Below the pieces are notes generated by a model. The model saw nothing but the letters and a program-made list of their open reading frames with translations, did not search any database and was not told where the DNA came from. The position numbers were made by a program, and so were the translations under genes. A DNA stretch of 64,000 nucleotides from an uncultured Bacteroidota bacterium (lineage in GTDB: Bacteria > Bacteroidota > Bacteroidia > JABEUT01). The stretch spans positions 8,312 through 72,311 of the forward strand of contig CAIUPO010000051.1 in assembly GCA_903901055.1 (NCBI GenBank), read 5' to 3'. This document shows, piece after piece, positions 52,596 through 61,585 of the stretch. The number at the start of each line of letters is the position of its first letter. The first letter of the stretch is position 1.

Positions 52596-53282
52596 ATGAA
52601 ACTACCACTATTATTTGGCCTATTTACAATTATTGCAATAGGACTTTTATTTAGTTGCAACTCAAAGACAAAAGAAAAGTCTGCTAATGAAATTTTTGCC
52701 AGTGTCCTTAATGATAAACGCGTAAACTCAAAAGAAGTTGGTGAACGAGAAGGAATCAAGTACTTCCAAATAATGCAAAATAATAAGACAGGTTTTCGTG
52801 ACCTAAACGGTAAAATTGTAATTGAACCTAAATTCGATTATGCTGAAATGTTTTCAGAAGGCTTTTCAAATGTGCAAAATGAAAACAAATGGGGGCTTAT
52901 AGACACAACAGGTAAATATGTGCTTCAGACACAATATGAATATTTAGGTCCAGTTCATAATGGATTAGCTAGTTTCAGGGCAAATGACAAATATGGCTTC
53001 ATTGATATTAAAGGACAAGAAAAAATAAAACCCCAGTTTGATTGGGTTGATCATTTCTCGGAAGGTCTTTGTGTTGTCCGAAATGATCATGGAAAACTAG
53101 GGTCAGGAAAATCCGGTTATATAGATACTACAAGAAAATTAGTCATCGATTTTCAGTTTCAGTATGCTTGTAAATTTGAAAAAGGACAAGCGAAAATTGA
53201 ATTAAATAATCTTTGGGGAGCTATCGATAAAAACGGGAAAATGGTAGTTGAACCCACTCATAAAAATGCGATTGATTGGTAA
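52596..53282 (+). CDS. WG-repeat (KWG-type) lipoprotein
   Basis: I chose the internal ATG (MKLPLLFGLFTIIAIGLLFSC). Repeats read NKWGLIDTTGKYVL..., DKYGFIDIKGQEKI... and NLWGAIDKNGKMVV. Confidence 0.75.
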   Translation: MKLPLLFGLFTIIAIGLLFSCNSKTKEKSANEIFASVLNDKRVNSKEVGEREGIKYFQIMQNNKTGFRDLNGKIVIEPKFDYAEMFSEGFSNVQNENKWGLIDTTGKYVLQTQYEYLGPVHNGLASFRANDKYGFIDIKGQEKIKPQFDWVDHFSEGLCVVRNDHGKLGSGKSGYIDTTRKLVIDFQFQYACKFEKGQAKIELNNLWGAIDKNGKMVVEPTHKNAIDW

Positions 53283-53371
53283 CGTATTAGTTTTCGCACC
53301 AACGTAATTAATCAAACTAAAAAGCCCACCCATTTATCCAACAGGCAGGCATTTCTTTAAAGATAATATTC

Positions 53372-53806
53372 TTACTCCGTAATAGTAATCTTGGTAATCT
53401 TATCTCCTTGCTTGATTTGATCAATCACATCAAGGCCTTCCACTACCTTGCCGAAGCAAGTATGTTGTCTATCTAAGTGTTTTGTATTAGTGCGGCTGTG
53501 ACAAATAAAGAATTGGGAGCCTCCGGTGTTTCTTCCGGCATGTGCCATACTTAATACGCCACGGTCGTGATATTGGTTTTCGCCTCCGGTTTCGCACATA
53601 ATGGTATAACCAGGGCCACCTGTTCCGGTGCCATTAGGGCATCCTCCTTGAATCACAAAATCAGGTATTACACGGTGAAAATTAAGTCCGTCATAATAGC
53701 CTTCTTTGGCTAGTTTAATAAAGTTAGCAACGGTTCCGGGAGCATCCTTGTCATAGAACTCTACCTTCATTGTGCCTTTTTCTGTTATAATTTCTGCTTT
53801 GCTCAT
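53372..53806 (-). CDS. Peptidyl-prolyl cis-trans isomerase, cyclophilin type
   Basis: [34 protein letters not shown]. Confidence 0.92.
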   Translation of the reverse strand: MSKAEIITEKGTMKVEFYDKDAPGTVANFIKLAKEGYYDGLNFHRVIPDFVIQGGCPNGTGTGGPGYTIMCETGGENQYHDRGVLSMAHAGRNTGGSQFFICHSRTNTKHLDRQHTCFGKVVEGLDVIDQIKQGDKITKITITE

Positions 53807-53889
53807 ATTGTTTATTTGAGTTAATATTAATTATGAATTCCCAAAAATAGGGAAATATTATAGTCCGCCGGTAATTTTTAAAAGGCCGT

Positions 53890-54792
53890 TTAGATATTAA
53901 ACGCCCGCATGATAGTAAACCCAAGTTTAAAACCACCTTTAGTCCATGTATCGGTGGTACTTGGTATAAAATTATTTCCCAGCAAACCGGAGGAATTGCT
54001 AAGCGTAATTTCGAAAACGTGTCCACCCGTAAAAACCTCTAACCCGAATGATAGTGGATTATAGTAATGTAGGTATGGGTTGTTCGTTCTATAGGTAGAT
54101 ATAACATAATAGTAGTCTGCTACAAGCCCAATCTGCTTAGTGAACATATACCTTCCCCCCACAGCAATTGCAGGAATATCATTCGCATCAAAGGAATCAT
54201 TGTTATAATTGATTGATTCAAGTGTATGGTTTCTATGGCTAAGTGTAGGAATAATCTCTACTGAAATGTGTTTGTTTATCCTGGTGTCGATAATTACTTG
54301 GGTAAGGTAATCAAGCCTGTCCATAACCGTTTGCCTTGAAGGAGGAATGCTTGTGCTACCATAAAACTGGTTATCGGCTTCGGGAATAACCCCAATATCT
54401 TCGTAGATAGCCATAGAAATAGGTGAACCGCCTTTCTTCTGGTTTAAAAACCTGTATTTTCCATATACATCAATAAGTTCCTGTTGTTTGCTACGGGCAA
54501 TACCCACCATTATCCGTTTGGAAATAGCAATGTCAAAACCAAATAAAATATCGGAGGCAACATCAAAACCATATAATGTGTGAATTCCACCGTTCGAAGC
54601 TTCACCAATACTGCCAAAACGGTGCATGAAATAAACATCCAGGAAATGCGGGGCAACGGTTTTTGTAGTAGGCGAACAAATATTCCTTACATCATTCCAA
54701 GTTGGGGGTTGAGTTTTAGAAGTATCTGTTTGTGCGTAGGAGAAAGCAGGAACAATAAATAAAAATAGAATGAAGGAAATGCTTTTAGACAT
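53890..54792 (-). CDS. DUF5777-like outer-membrane beta-barrel protein
   Basis: Signal peptide ending FSYAQ, FMHRFGS, a repeated beta-strand pattern, and GGHVFEITLSNS near the C-terminus. Confidence 0.6.
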   Translation of the reverse strand: MSKSISFILFLFIVPAFSYAQTDTSKTQPPTWNDVRNICSPTTKTVAPHFLDVYFMHRFGSIGEASNGGIHTLYGFDVASDILFGFDIAISKRIMVGIARSKQQELIDVYGKYRFLNQKKGGSPISMAIYEDIGVIPEADNQFYGSTSIPPSRQTVMDRLDYLTQVIIDTRINKHISVEIIPTLSHRNHTLESINYNNDSFDANDIPAIAVGGRYMFTKQIGLVADYYYVISTYRTNNPYLHYYNPLSFGLEVFTGGHVFEITLSNSSGLLGNNFIPSTTDTWTKGGFKLGFTIMRAFNI

Positions 54793-54826
54793 AGGCTCAA
54801 AAGTATGAATTAATAATTACATGGAC

Positions 54827-55294
54827 TTAGTCGGCCCAAATTTTAGGGTTTATGCTTCCGTGGCAGCTATTACAAGCCCCTATAGTAGTAGGATTAGGCA
54901 TGTACCGCTTTATTCCCGTACCTGAAATTATCATTGGGTATAGTCCGTTTCCAAATGCAACAGGAGTGGTAGTGAAAAAATTTCCGCTCCTGTCAACAGT
55001 CAACGTTATTATTAAATCTCCAGCACCATTGGGCTGAGTATATAATTTTACAACCGCCCCTTGGGTAGCGCCACTACCGGAAATACTATCAAAGGCCGTT
55101 CCACCAACCCTGAAACATCCGCCAGCACCGCCATTAGGGCTATGGCAATTCATGCAGTCGCCTACCATTTTTTTACTTTCATCACCTTCGGCATTACTAT
55201 CATAACCCTTACTACAACCATTTTCTTCGCAGGATTGAATAACAAATGCTGAAAACACTGTCAATATGAGACCTATAAATATGTTCCTTTTCAT
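54827..55294 (-). CDS. Lipoprotein with two CXXCH haem-c-type motifs
   Basis: Lipobox VIQSC. The motifs are CMNCH (N-terminal part) and CNSCH (near the C-terminus), flanking a ~80-aa beta-rich segment (VVKLYTQPNGAGDLIITLTVDRSGNF). Confidence 0.6.
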   Translation of the reverse strand: MKRNIFIGLILTVFSAFVIQSCEENGCSKGYDSNAEGDESKKMVGDCMNCHSPNGGAGGCFRVGGTAFDSISGSGATQGAVVKLYTQPNGAGDLIITLTVDRSGNFFTTTPVAFGNGLYPMIISGTGIKRYMPNPTTIGACNSCHGSINPKIWAD

Positions 55295-55396
55295 AATTTT
55301 AAATGACTAATTAGAATAAGCGAAGTTACGCCCTTTATATCACTATAGATGTGATTTTAGTCATAAAGGTTGCATGCAACGTTAAAACACATTAAT

Positions 55397-56182
55397 TTAC
55401 AGGCAACCCATTCGTCCACCATCAACGGTTAAATTAATACCATTCAGATAAGAAGCCTCATCAGAAGCCAAAAAAGCAACGGCATAAGCTATTTCCTCTG
55501 GTGCAGCAAACCTTCCAGCAGGGACTTTACTAAGCATATCTGCTTTTACCTGCTCCTTACTTTTGCCTGACTTAACTGAAGTGCGGTCAATAATGTCGTA
55601 GATACGGGCAGTTTCAGTGGAACCGGGAAGCACATTATTCACTGTAATCCCAAAAGGACCTAACTCAAACGACATTGTTTTTGCCCAATTAGCAACTGCA
55701 GCACGTATAGTATTGGAAACCCCTAATCCTTTAATTGGTTCTTTAACTGAAGTTGAAATGATATTGATGATTCGCCCATGTTTATTTTTCTTCATTCCAG
55801 TAATAAGAAGTTGAGTGAGGATATGGTTGCATAAGACATGCCGTTGGAAAGTGAGGGTAAAATCTTCCAGTTTAGCATTTACAATCTCTCCCCCTGGAGG
55901 GCCTCCGGAGTTATTCAGTAAAATATTGAATTCAGACCCATTGGCTAAATAAGTTTCAACACTCTTCTTTAATGATTCAGGCTGGTTAAAATCGGCAACT
56001 ATATAATCGTGTTTTTGAGAAGAATTAGATGGCAATTCTTTCAGAGTTTCTTTCAAAGCATCTTCATTCCTTGCAACGAGAGTTATACTTGCCCCTTGTT
56101 TTGCGAGCACCATTGCTGAGGCTTTGCCAATCCCTTGCGTGCTTCCGCACACCATTGCTCGTTTGCCAGTTAAATCAATCAT
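55397..56182 (-). CDS. SDR family oxidoreductase (FabG-like)
   Basis: GSTQGIG cofactor motif, NNSGG, and PGSTET after the active-site region. 261 aa. Confidence 0.85.
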   Translation of the reverse strand: MIDLTGKRAMVCGSTQGIGKASAMVLAKQGASITLVARNEDALKETLKELPSNSSQKHDYIVADFNQPESLKKSVETYLANGSEFNILLNNSGGPPGGEIVNAKLEDFTLTFQRHVLCNHILTQLLITGMKKNKHGRIINIISTSVKEPIKGLGVSNTIRAAVANWAKTMSFELGPFGITVNNVLPGSTETARIYDIIDRTSVKSGKSKEQVKADMLSKVPAGRFAAPEEIAYAVAFLASDEASYLNGINLTVDGGRMGCL

Positions 56183-56224
56183 CTTTTGCCTTTCGATTAC
56201 TAATTACTAATTATTAATTACTAA

Positions 56225-57364
56225 TTACTTTAACGCTTGTTTTAAATCTTCAATTAAGTCATCTACATCTTCAATACCCACACTCAAGCGGATAAGCGAA
56301 TCAACCACTCCTGATTTTTCACGTACTTCTTTCGGAATAGAAGCATGAGTCATTGTTGCCGGATGCCCGCAAAGGGATTCAACTCCACCTAGGGATTCTG
56401 CAAGAGAGAAAACCTTAAAACGGGAAAGCACTTTATGGGCTTCTTTAGTATCGTCCTTTTTCAATGTGAAAGACATCATTCCACCAAAACCTCTCATTTG
56501 TTCTTTAGCTACTTTATGATTCTTGTGTGTTGGTATTCCAGGGAAATAAACCTTATCGACTTTGGGATGAGTTTGCAAAAATTTACAAATCTTAATCGCA
56601 TTCTCACAGTGCCTATCCATACGGATATGCAAGGTTTTTATTCCTCTTAAAACAAGGAAACAATCATGTGGTGAAGGAATCGCGCCACAACTGTTTTGTA
56701 TAAAGTGAAGCTGCTCTGATAAGGTCGCATCATTACAAACAATCGCTCCCATGATAACATCAGAATGTCCTCCTAAATATTTAGTAACTGAGTGTGTAAC
56801 AATATCAGCTCCAAGCTTCAAAGGAGTTTGCAGGTAAGGCGTAGCGAAGGTATTATCAACGGCAACAAGAATCTTGTGTTTCTTAGCAATTGCTGAGATA
56901 GCCTTAATATCTATAATATGCAGCATCGGATTGGTTGGAGTCTCAATCCAGATAAGCTTCGTGTTTTTATTAATATACTTCGCAACCAGTTTTGGGTCAT
57001 CCATTGGTATGAAATGGAACTTGATACCATAATTGGCAAAAATCTTAGTGAACATACGAAATGAACCACCATATAAATCATTGGTAGAAATAACCTCATC
57101 ACCCGGCTTTAAAAGTTTAGCAACACAATCTTCAGCAGCCATACCACTTGAAAAACAAAGTCCGTACTTTCCTTCCTCTAAGGCAGCAAGGTTTGATTCC
57201 AATGCCTCTCGTGTGGGGTTATGTGTTCGGGAGTATTCAAACCCCTTATGCTTGCCCGGTGCGGCCTGAACATACGTAGAAGTTTGGAATATGGGAGTCA
57301 TAATGGCTCCTGTTGAAGGGTCAGGTTCCTGACCTGCATGTATAGCTTTAGTTGCAAATTTCAT
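56225..57364 (-). CDS. PLP-dependent trans-sulfuration enzyme (cystathionine gamma-synthase/lyase family)
   Basis: The HSVTKYLGGHSD lysine motif and ESLGGVESL. 379 aa. Confidence 0.88.
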   Translation of the reverse strand: MKFATKAIHAGQEPDPSTGAIMTPIFQTSTYVQAAPGKHKGFEYSRTHNPTREALESNLAALEEGKYGLCFSSGMAAEDCVAKLLKPGDEVISTNDLYGGSFRMFTKIFANYGIKFHFIPMDDPKLVAKYINKNTKLIWIETPTNPMLHIIDIKAISAIAKKHKILVAVDNTFATPYLQTPLKLGADIVTHSVTKYLGGHSDVIMGAIVCNDATLSEQLHFIQNSCGAIPSPHDCFLVLRGIKTLHIRMDRHCENAIKICKFLQTHPKVDKVYFPGIPTHKNHKVAKEQMRGFGGMMSFTLKKDDTKEAHKVLSRFKVFSLAESLGGVESLCGHPATMTHASIPKEVREKSGVVDSLIRLSVGIEDVDDLIEDLKQALK

Positions 57365-57492
57365 ATTGATTTCAAAATTATTTGGCTCAAAGATAGCATC
57401 AATAGTTATGAGTTATAAGTTATGCGTTATAAATTCCCAATAAAGTGTCAGAAAGTTCGTAGTTTAGTAGCATCTTATAAAAAATACTATTC

Positions 57493-58353
57493 ATGAAAGG
57501 AATTATTCTTGCGGGTGGTTCAGGCACACGTCTTCATCCCCTCACATTGGCTTTAAGTAAGCAATTGATGCCTATTTATGACAAGCCAATGATTTACTAT
57601 CCCCTGTCGGTATTAATGATGACAGGCATTAAGGAAATACTTATCATCTCCACTCCTCATGACCTGCCCGGTTTTAAAAGATTGCTTGGGGACGGCAAAT
57701 CCCTTGGATGCTCTTTTGAATATGCCGAACAACAAATCCCAAATGGGCTTGCACAAGCATTTGTTATTGGAGAAAAATTTATCGGCAACGAAAAAGTGGC
57801 TTTGGTTTTAGGTGATAACATCTTTTATGGAGGCGGCCTTGGAAGGCTTTTACAATCGAATCATAACCCTGATGGCGGTATTATATATGCCTACCATGTT
57901 TCCGATCCTGAAAGGTATGGTGTGGCCGAATTTGATAGTAACAACAAAGTAATTTCAATAGAAGAAAAACCGGAGAAACCCAAGTCAAATTATGCTGTAC
58001 CTGGTTTATATTTTTACGATAATTCAGTAGTTGAAATAGCGAAAAACCTTAAGCCCAGCGCCCGCGGAGAATATGAAATTACGGATGTAAACAAGGAATA
58101 CCTTAAATTAGGAAAGCTGAAAGTGAGTGTACTTGACAGAGGAACCGCGTGGCTGGATACAGGCACTTTTGCATCTCTTATGCAGGCAAGTCAGTTTGTG
58201 CAGGTGATTGAAGAACGGCAAGGGCTTAAAATTGGTTGCATTGAAGAAGTGGCTTACCGCATGGGATATATTGACAAGGATCAACTTAAGAAACTCGCCC
58301 AACCTTTATTGAAGAGCGGATATGGAACATACCTTATGGAATTACGCGATTGA
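57493..58353 (+). CDS. rfbA: Glucose-1-phosphate thymidylyltransferase
   Basis: [52 protein letters not shown]. Confidence 0.93.
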   Translation: MKGIILAGGSGTRLHPLTLALSKQLMPIYDKPMIYYPLSVLMMTGIKEILIISTPHDLPGFKRLLGDGKSLGCSFEYAEQQIPNGLAQAFVIGEKFIGNEKVALVLGDNIFYGGGLGRLLQSNHNPDGGIIYAYHVSDPERYGVAEFDSNNKVISIEEKPEKPKSNYAVPGLYFYDNSVVEIAKNLKPSARGEYEITDVNKEYLKLGKLKVSVLDRGTAWLDTGTFASLMQASQFVQVIEERQGLKIGCIEEVAYRMGYIDKDQLKKLAQPLLKSGYGTYLMELRD

Positions 58354-58368
58354 AACATGATTTAACTA

Positions 58369-60852
58369 ATGAACATATTCCCCTTGAAAATAGTGCTAAA
58401 AAAATCACTTCAGGTAATTCTGTTGTTGAGCCCATTTGCACTATTTGCACAGGAAAAAACAATCATTACCGGAAAGGTTTACGATGCAATTACAAGGGAA
58501 CCCCTGCCTTTCGTTAACCTTTTACTCAAAAACACAACAGTTGGAACAAGCACCGATATTAACGGGGTATATAAACTGGAGGCTACCACCAAATCGGATT
58601 CCTTGCTCTGTTCATATATTGGCTATACACTTGCTGCAAAACCAATAGCAAACCATAAAACACAGGTAATTAATTTTTTCCTCAATGCGGAATCAAATAA
58701 CCTGGGGGAGGTTTTAGTGCATCCGGGCGAAAACCCGGCCTGGAAAATCATGCGGAAAATGGTACAGCATAAACCTGATAACGATCCACGCAAAATGGAG
58801 TCTTACCAGTTTGAAGCTTATAATAAACTGGAGTTTGATTTGAATAATATTCCAAAATCATACGAAAAGAAAAAGGTTTTGAAACCTGTAAAATTCATTT
58901 TCAATTATGTAGATAGTTCGAATGTAAAAGAGAAACCTTTTTTGCCTGCCTTCATCTCAGAAGCGGTGTCAGATATATATTATAGAAATAATCCGCCTAT
59001 CAAAAAAGAGGTAATTAAAGCCACGAAATTTTCAGGATTTAAGAACCCAAGCATATCCCAGTTCACAGGCGACATGTATCAGGATATAGATATATACAAA
59101 AACAACTCCTTATTATTCGGCCAACAATTTGTAAGCCCTTTAACCGATGCGTGGAAAGGGTATTACAAATATTACCTGATTGATAGTACTTACATTAATG
59201 GGCATCGTTGTTATCAACTTCAATTTAAACCCAAACATTTTGGGGAATATACTTTTTCAGGGAACATGTGGATTACTGATACCACGTTCGCCTTGTTGCG
59301 CATAGAAATGACCGTTTCAAAGGATGCGAACCTGAATTATGTTCAGGACTTTAGCGTTGTGCAGGAGTATGCTTATGTTGATAATAAATACTGGATGCTT
59401 AGCAAAAACAAACTAGTTGTAGATTTTGCACTTGCGCAAAAAGGAATGGGTTTGTATGGACGGAAAACAACACTCTACGATAACTTTATTATTAATAAAC
59501 CGCAGGATGATAAATTTTACAATCCGGTTAAAAAAGTAATTGTTGACGACAGTGCAAACACACGCAACAGTCACTATTGGGATTCCATCAGGCAAGAGCC
59601 TTTATCAAAAGATGAAAAAAACATTTACCAAATGGTGGATACTTTTCAAACACTGCCAATTTATCGCCATGCATTAAATACAGTTACACTTATTGCCACT
59701 GGCTATAAGACTTTTGGGGATTTTGAAATAGGCCCAATTACAGATTTCTACAGCCATAATCTGATTGAAGGAAACCGTTTTCGTTTCGGTGGGCGAACAA
59801 GTAACAATTTCAGCAAATGGTATGAATTAAGCGGCTATGTGGCTTATGGCACATTTGACCAGAAAATGAAATACGATATAGGGTATAAAGCCTATATCAC
59901 CAAAGACCCGTGGCAACAGATTGAAGTAAGGTATAATGATGACCTGAAAATTCTGGGCCGTTCTGACCGCCTATTTCATTCTGATAATATTTTGAACAGT
60001 TTGCTCTCAAGGCATCCAATGAGTAACCTTACTGAAATAAAGGAAACAAGGCTAACCTACGACCGTGATATTTTTACAGGGCTTAATTTCCAATTATCAT
60101 TCATTAACCAGACTTTCATTCCTACTAAACCACAGACCTACCAAGTATTCGATAACCAAGGCGACCTTGATACAAAACCCGCAATCTATAATCCGGAGTT
60201 GCAGTTTAATATGAACTTATCTTTCAACCAGAAATTTGTAGTTTATTCTGTTAGCCGAAGGTCATTAGGCACAAAATATCCGGTGTTTATTTTACGTTAT
60301 ACAAAAGGCTTACAGGGTATTTTTAATGGCGATTACAATTACCACAAAGTAATTACCGGGGTTACTTATAACCTTCATACAAATCCATTTGGAAAAACAC
60401 GCCTTAATCTGGAAGCAGGCCAAATTTGGGGCAGAGTACCTTATATGCTTATGTTTCTGCATTCGGGCAATGAAACATACGTGTATGATCGTTCTACTTA
60501 CAATTTGATGAACTATTACGAATTTGCAAGCGACCGATATGTTTCATTTTCTGCAGAACATCATTTTGAAGGATTCTTTTTGAACAGAATTCCAATTATG
60601 CGCAAGCTCAAGTGGAGGGAAGTGGCAACTTACAAATGGCTCGCCGGAAGCGTAAATTCGGAGAATGAGAAAACTGTACTTTTCCCTGCAAATATGTTTA
60701 CCCTCAACACAAAGCCCTATTCAGAGGCAGGAATTGGTATTGAAAATATTTTTGATGTTATCCGCATTGATGCCGTTTGGAGGCTTTCATACCTTGATCA
60801 CTCTAATATTTCTAAATTTGCCATCATGGGCTCTCTCGAAATTTTATTCTAA
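58369..60852 (+). CDS. CarboxypepD_reg-like + DUF5686 outer-membrane protein
   Basis: Signal peptide, then ITGKVYDAITREPLPFVNLLLKNTTVGTSTDINGVYKL (Cna/CarboxypepD_reg). The long C-terminal region ends in the aromatic SLEILF. Confidence 0.75.
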   Translation: MNIFPLKIVLKKSLQVILLLSPFALFAQEKTIITGKVYDAITREPLPFVNLLLKNTTVGTSTDINGVYKLEATTKSDSLLCSYIGYTLAAKPIANHKTQVINFFLNAESNNLGEVLVHPGENPAWKIMRKMVQHKPDNDPRKMESYQFEAYNKLEFDLNNIPKSYEKKKVLKPVKFIFNYVDSSNVKEKPFLPAFISEAVSDIYYRNNPPIKKEVIKATKFSGFKNPSISQFTGDMYQDIDIYKNNSLLFGQQFVSPLTDAWKGYYKYYLIDSTYINGHRCYQLQFKPKHFGEYTFSGNMWITDTTFALLRIEMTVSKDANLNYVQDFSVVQEYAYVDNKYWMLSKNKLVVDFALAQKGMGLYGRKTTLYDNFIINKPQDDKFYNPVKKVIVDDSANTRNSHYWDSIRQEPLSKDEKNIYQMVDTFQTLPIYRHALNTVTLIATGYKTFGDFEIGPITDFYSHNLIEGNRFRFGGRTSNNFSKWYELSGYVAYGTFDQKMKYDIGYKAYITKDPWQQIEVRYNDDLKILGRSDRLFHSDNILNSLLSRHPMSNLTEIKETRLTYDRDIFTGLNFQLSFINQTFIPTKPQTYQVFDNQGDLDTKPAIYNPELQFNMNLSFNQKFVVYSVSRRSLGTKYPVFILRYTKGLQGIFNGDYNYHKVITGVTYNLHTNPFGKTRLNLEAGQIWGRVPYMLMFLHSGNETYVYDRSTYNLMNYYEFASDRYVSFSAEHHFEGFFLNRIPIMRKLKWREVATYKWLAGSVNSENEKTVLFPANMFTLNTKPYSEAGIGIENIFDVIRIDAVWRLSYLDHSNISKFAIMGSLEILF

Positions 60853-60854
60853 GG

Positions 60855-61580
60855 ATGATATTAAGAACTTCACAACTTGTAAAGAAATATAAACGGCGTA
60901 CTGTTGTAAACCATGTATCTGTTGAGGTAAAGAAAGGCGAAATAGTTGGCTTGCTCGGACCAAATGGCGCCGGGAAAACAACCACATTCTACATGATTGT
61001 AGGCCTTGTAAAACCGAATGAAGGTGACATTTTTCTCGATAATACTCCGATAACAAATGAGCCAATGTACAAGAGGGCATCAATGGGGATATCTTATCTT
61101 CCACAGGAACCATCGGTGTTTCGCAAGTTAAGTGTACAGGATAATTTGAAACTGGTACTTGAAATGACTTCCCTAAGTAAGCAAGACCAAAAGCTAAAGG
61201 TAGAATCTCTGTTAGAAGAATTTGGCCTAAACCATATCCGTGATGCCCGTGGGGATGTGCTTTCAGGTGGAGAAAGACGCAGAACAGAAATAGCACGTTG
61301 CCTCGCTGTAAACCCTTCATTTATTTTGCTGGATGAACCCTTTGCAGGTATTGACCCTATTGCGGTTGAAGAAATCCAGAAAATTGTGGTAGCTCTGAAA
61401 AAGAAAAATATTGGAATACTTATTACTGACCATAATGTTCACGAAACACTTTCCATCACCGACCGTTCCTACTTGCTGTACGAAGGAAGAATATTAAAAG
61501 CCGGTACCACTGAAGAATTAGCAAATGATCCGGAAGCAAGGAAGTTATATCTCGGCGAAAAGTTTGAGTTGAGACCTTAA
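60855..61580 (+). CDS. lptB: LPS export ABC transporter ATP-binding protein
   Basis: 241 aa. GPNGAGKTTTFYM, LSGGERRR, ILLDEPFAGIDP and the C-terminal ARKLYLGE. Confidence 0.88.
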   Translation: MILRTSQLVKKYKRRTVVNHVSVEVKKGEIVGLLGPNGAGKTTTFYMIVGLVKPNEGDIFLDNTPITNEPMYKRASMGISYLPQEPSVFRKLSVQDNLKLVLEMTSLSKQDQKLKVESLLEEFGLNHIRDARGDVLSGGERRRTEIARCLAVNPSFILLDEPFAGIDPIAVEEIQKIVVALKKKNIGILITDHNVHETLSITDRSYLLYEGRILKAGTTEELANDPEARKLYLGEKFELRP

Positions 61581-61585
61581 TTAAC

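Noticed and set aside
57365-57492. A possible SAM/Met riboswitch or T-box upstream of the trans-sulfuration gene
   Set aside because: Reading the minus strand showed none of the conserved SAM-I/SAM-II core sequences or a terminator/antiterminator pair. The 128-bp region is plain AT-rich divergent promoter DNA.
60844-61320. The 158-aa minus-strand ORF opposite lptB, and the 122-aa ORF at 62887-63255 opposite the helicase
   Set aside because: They are antisense to genes with unambiguous Walker and helicase motifs. Their translations are low-complexity or His/Leu-rich with no motifs.
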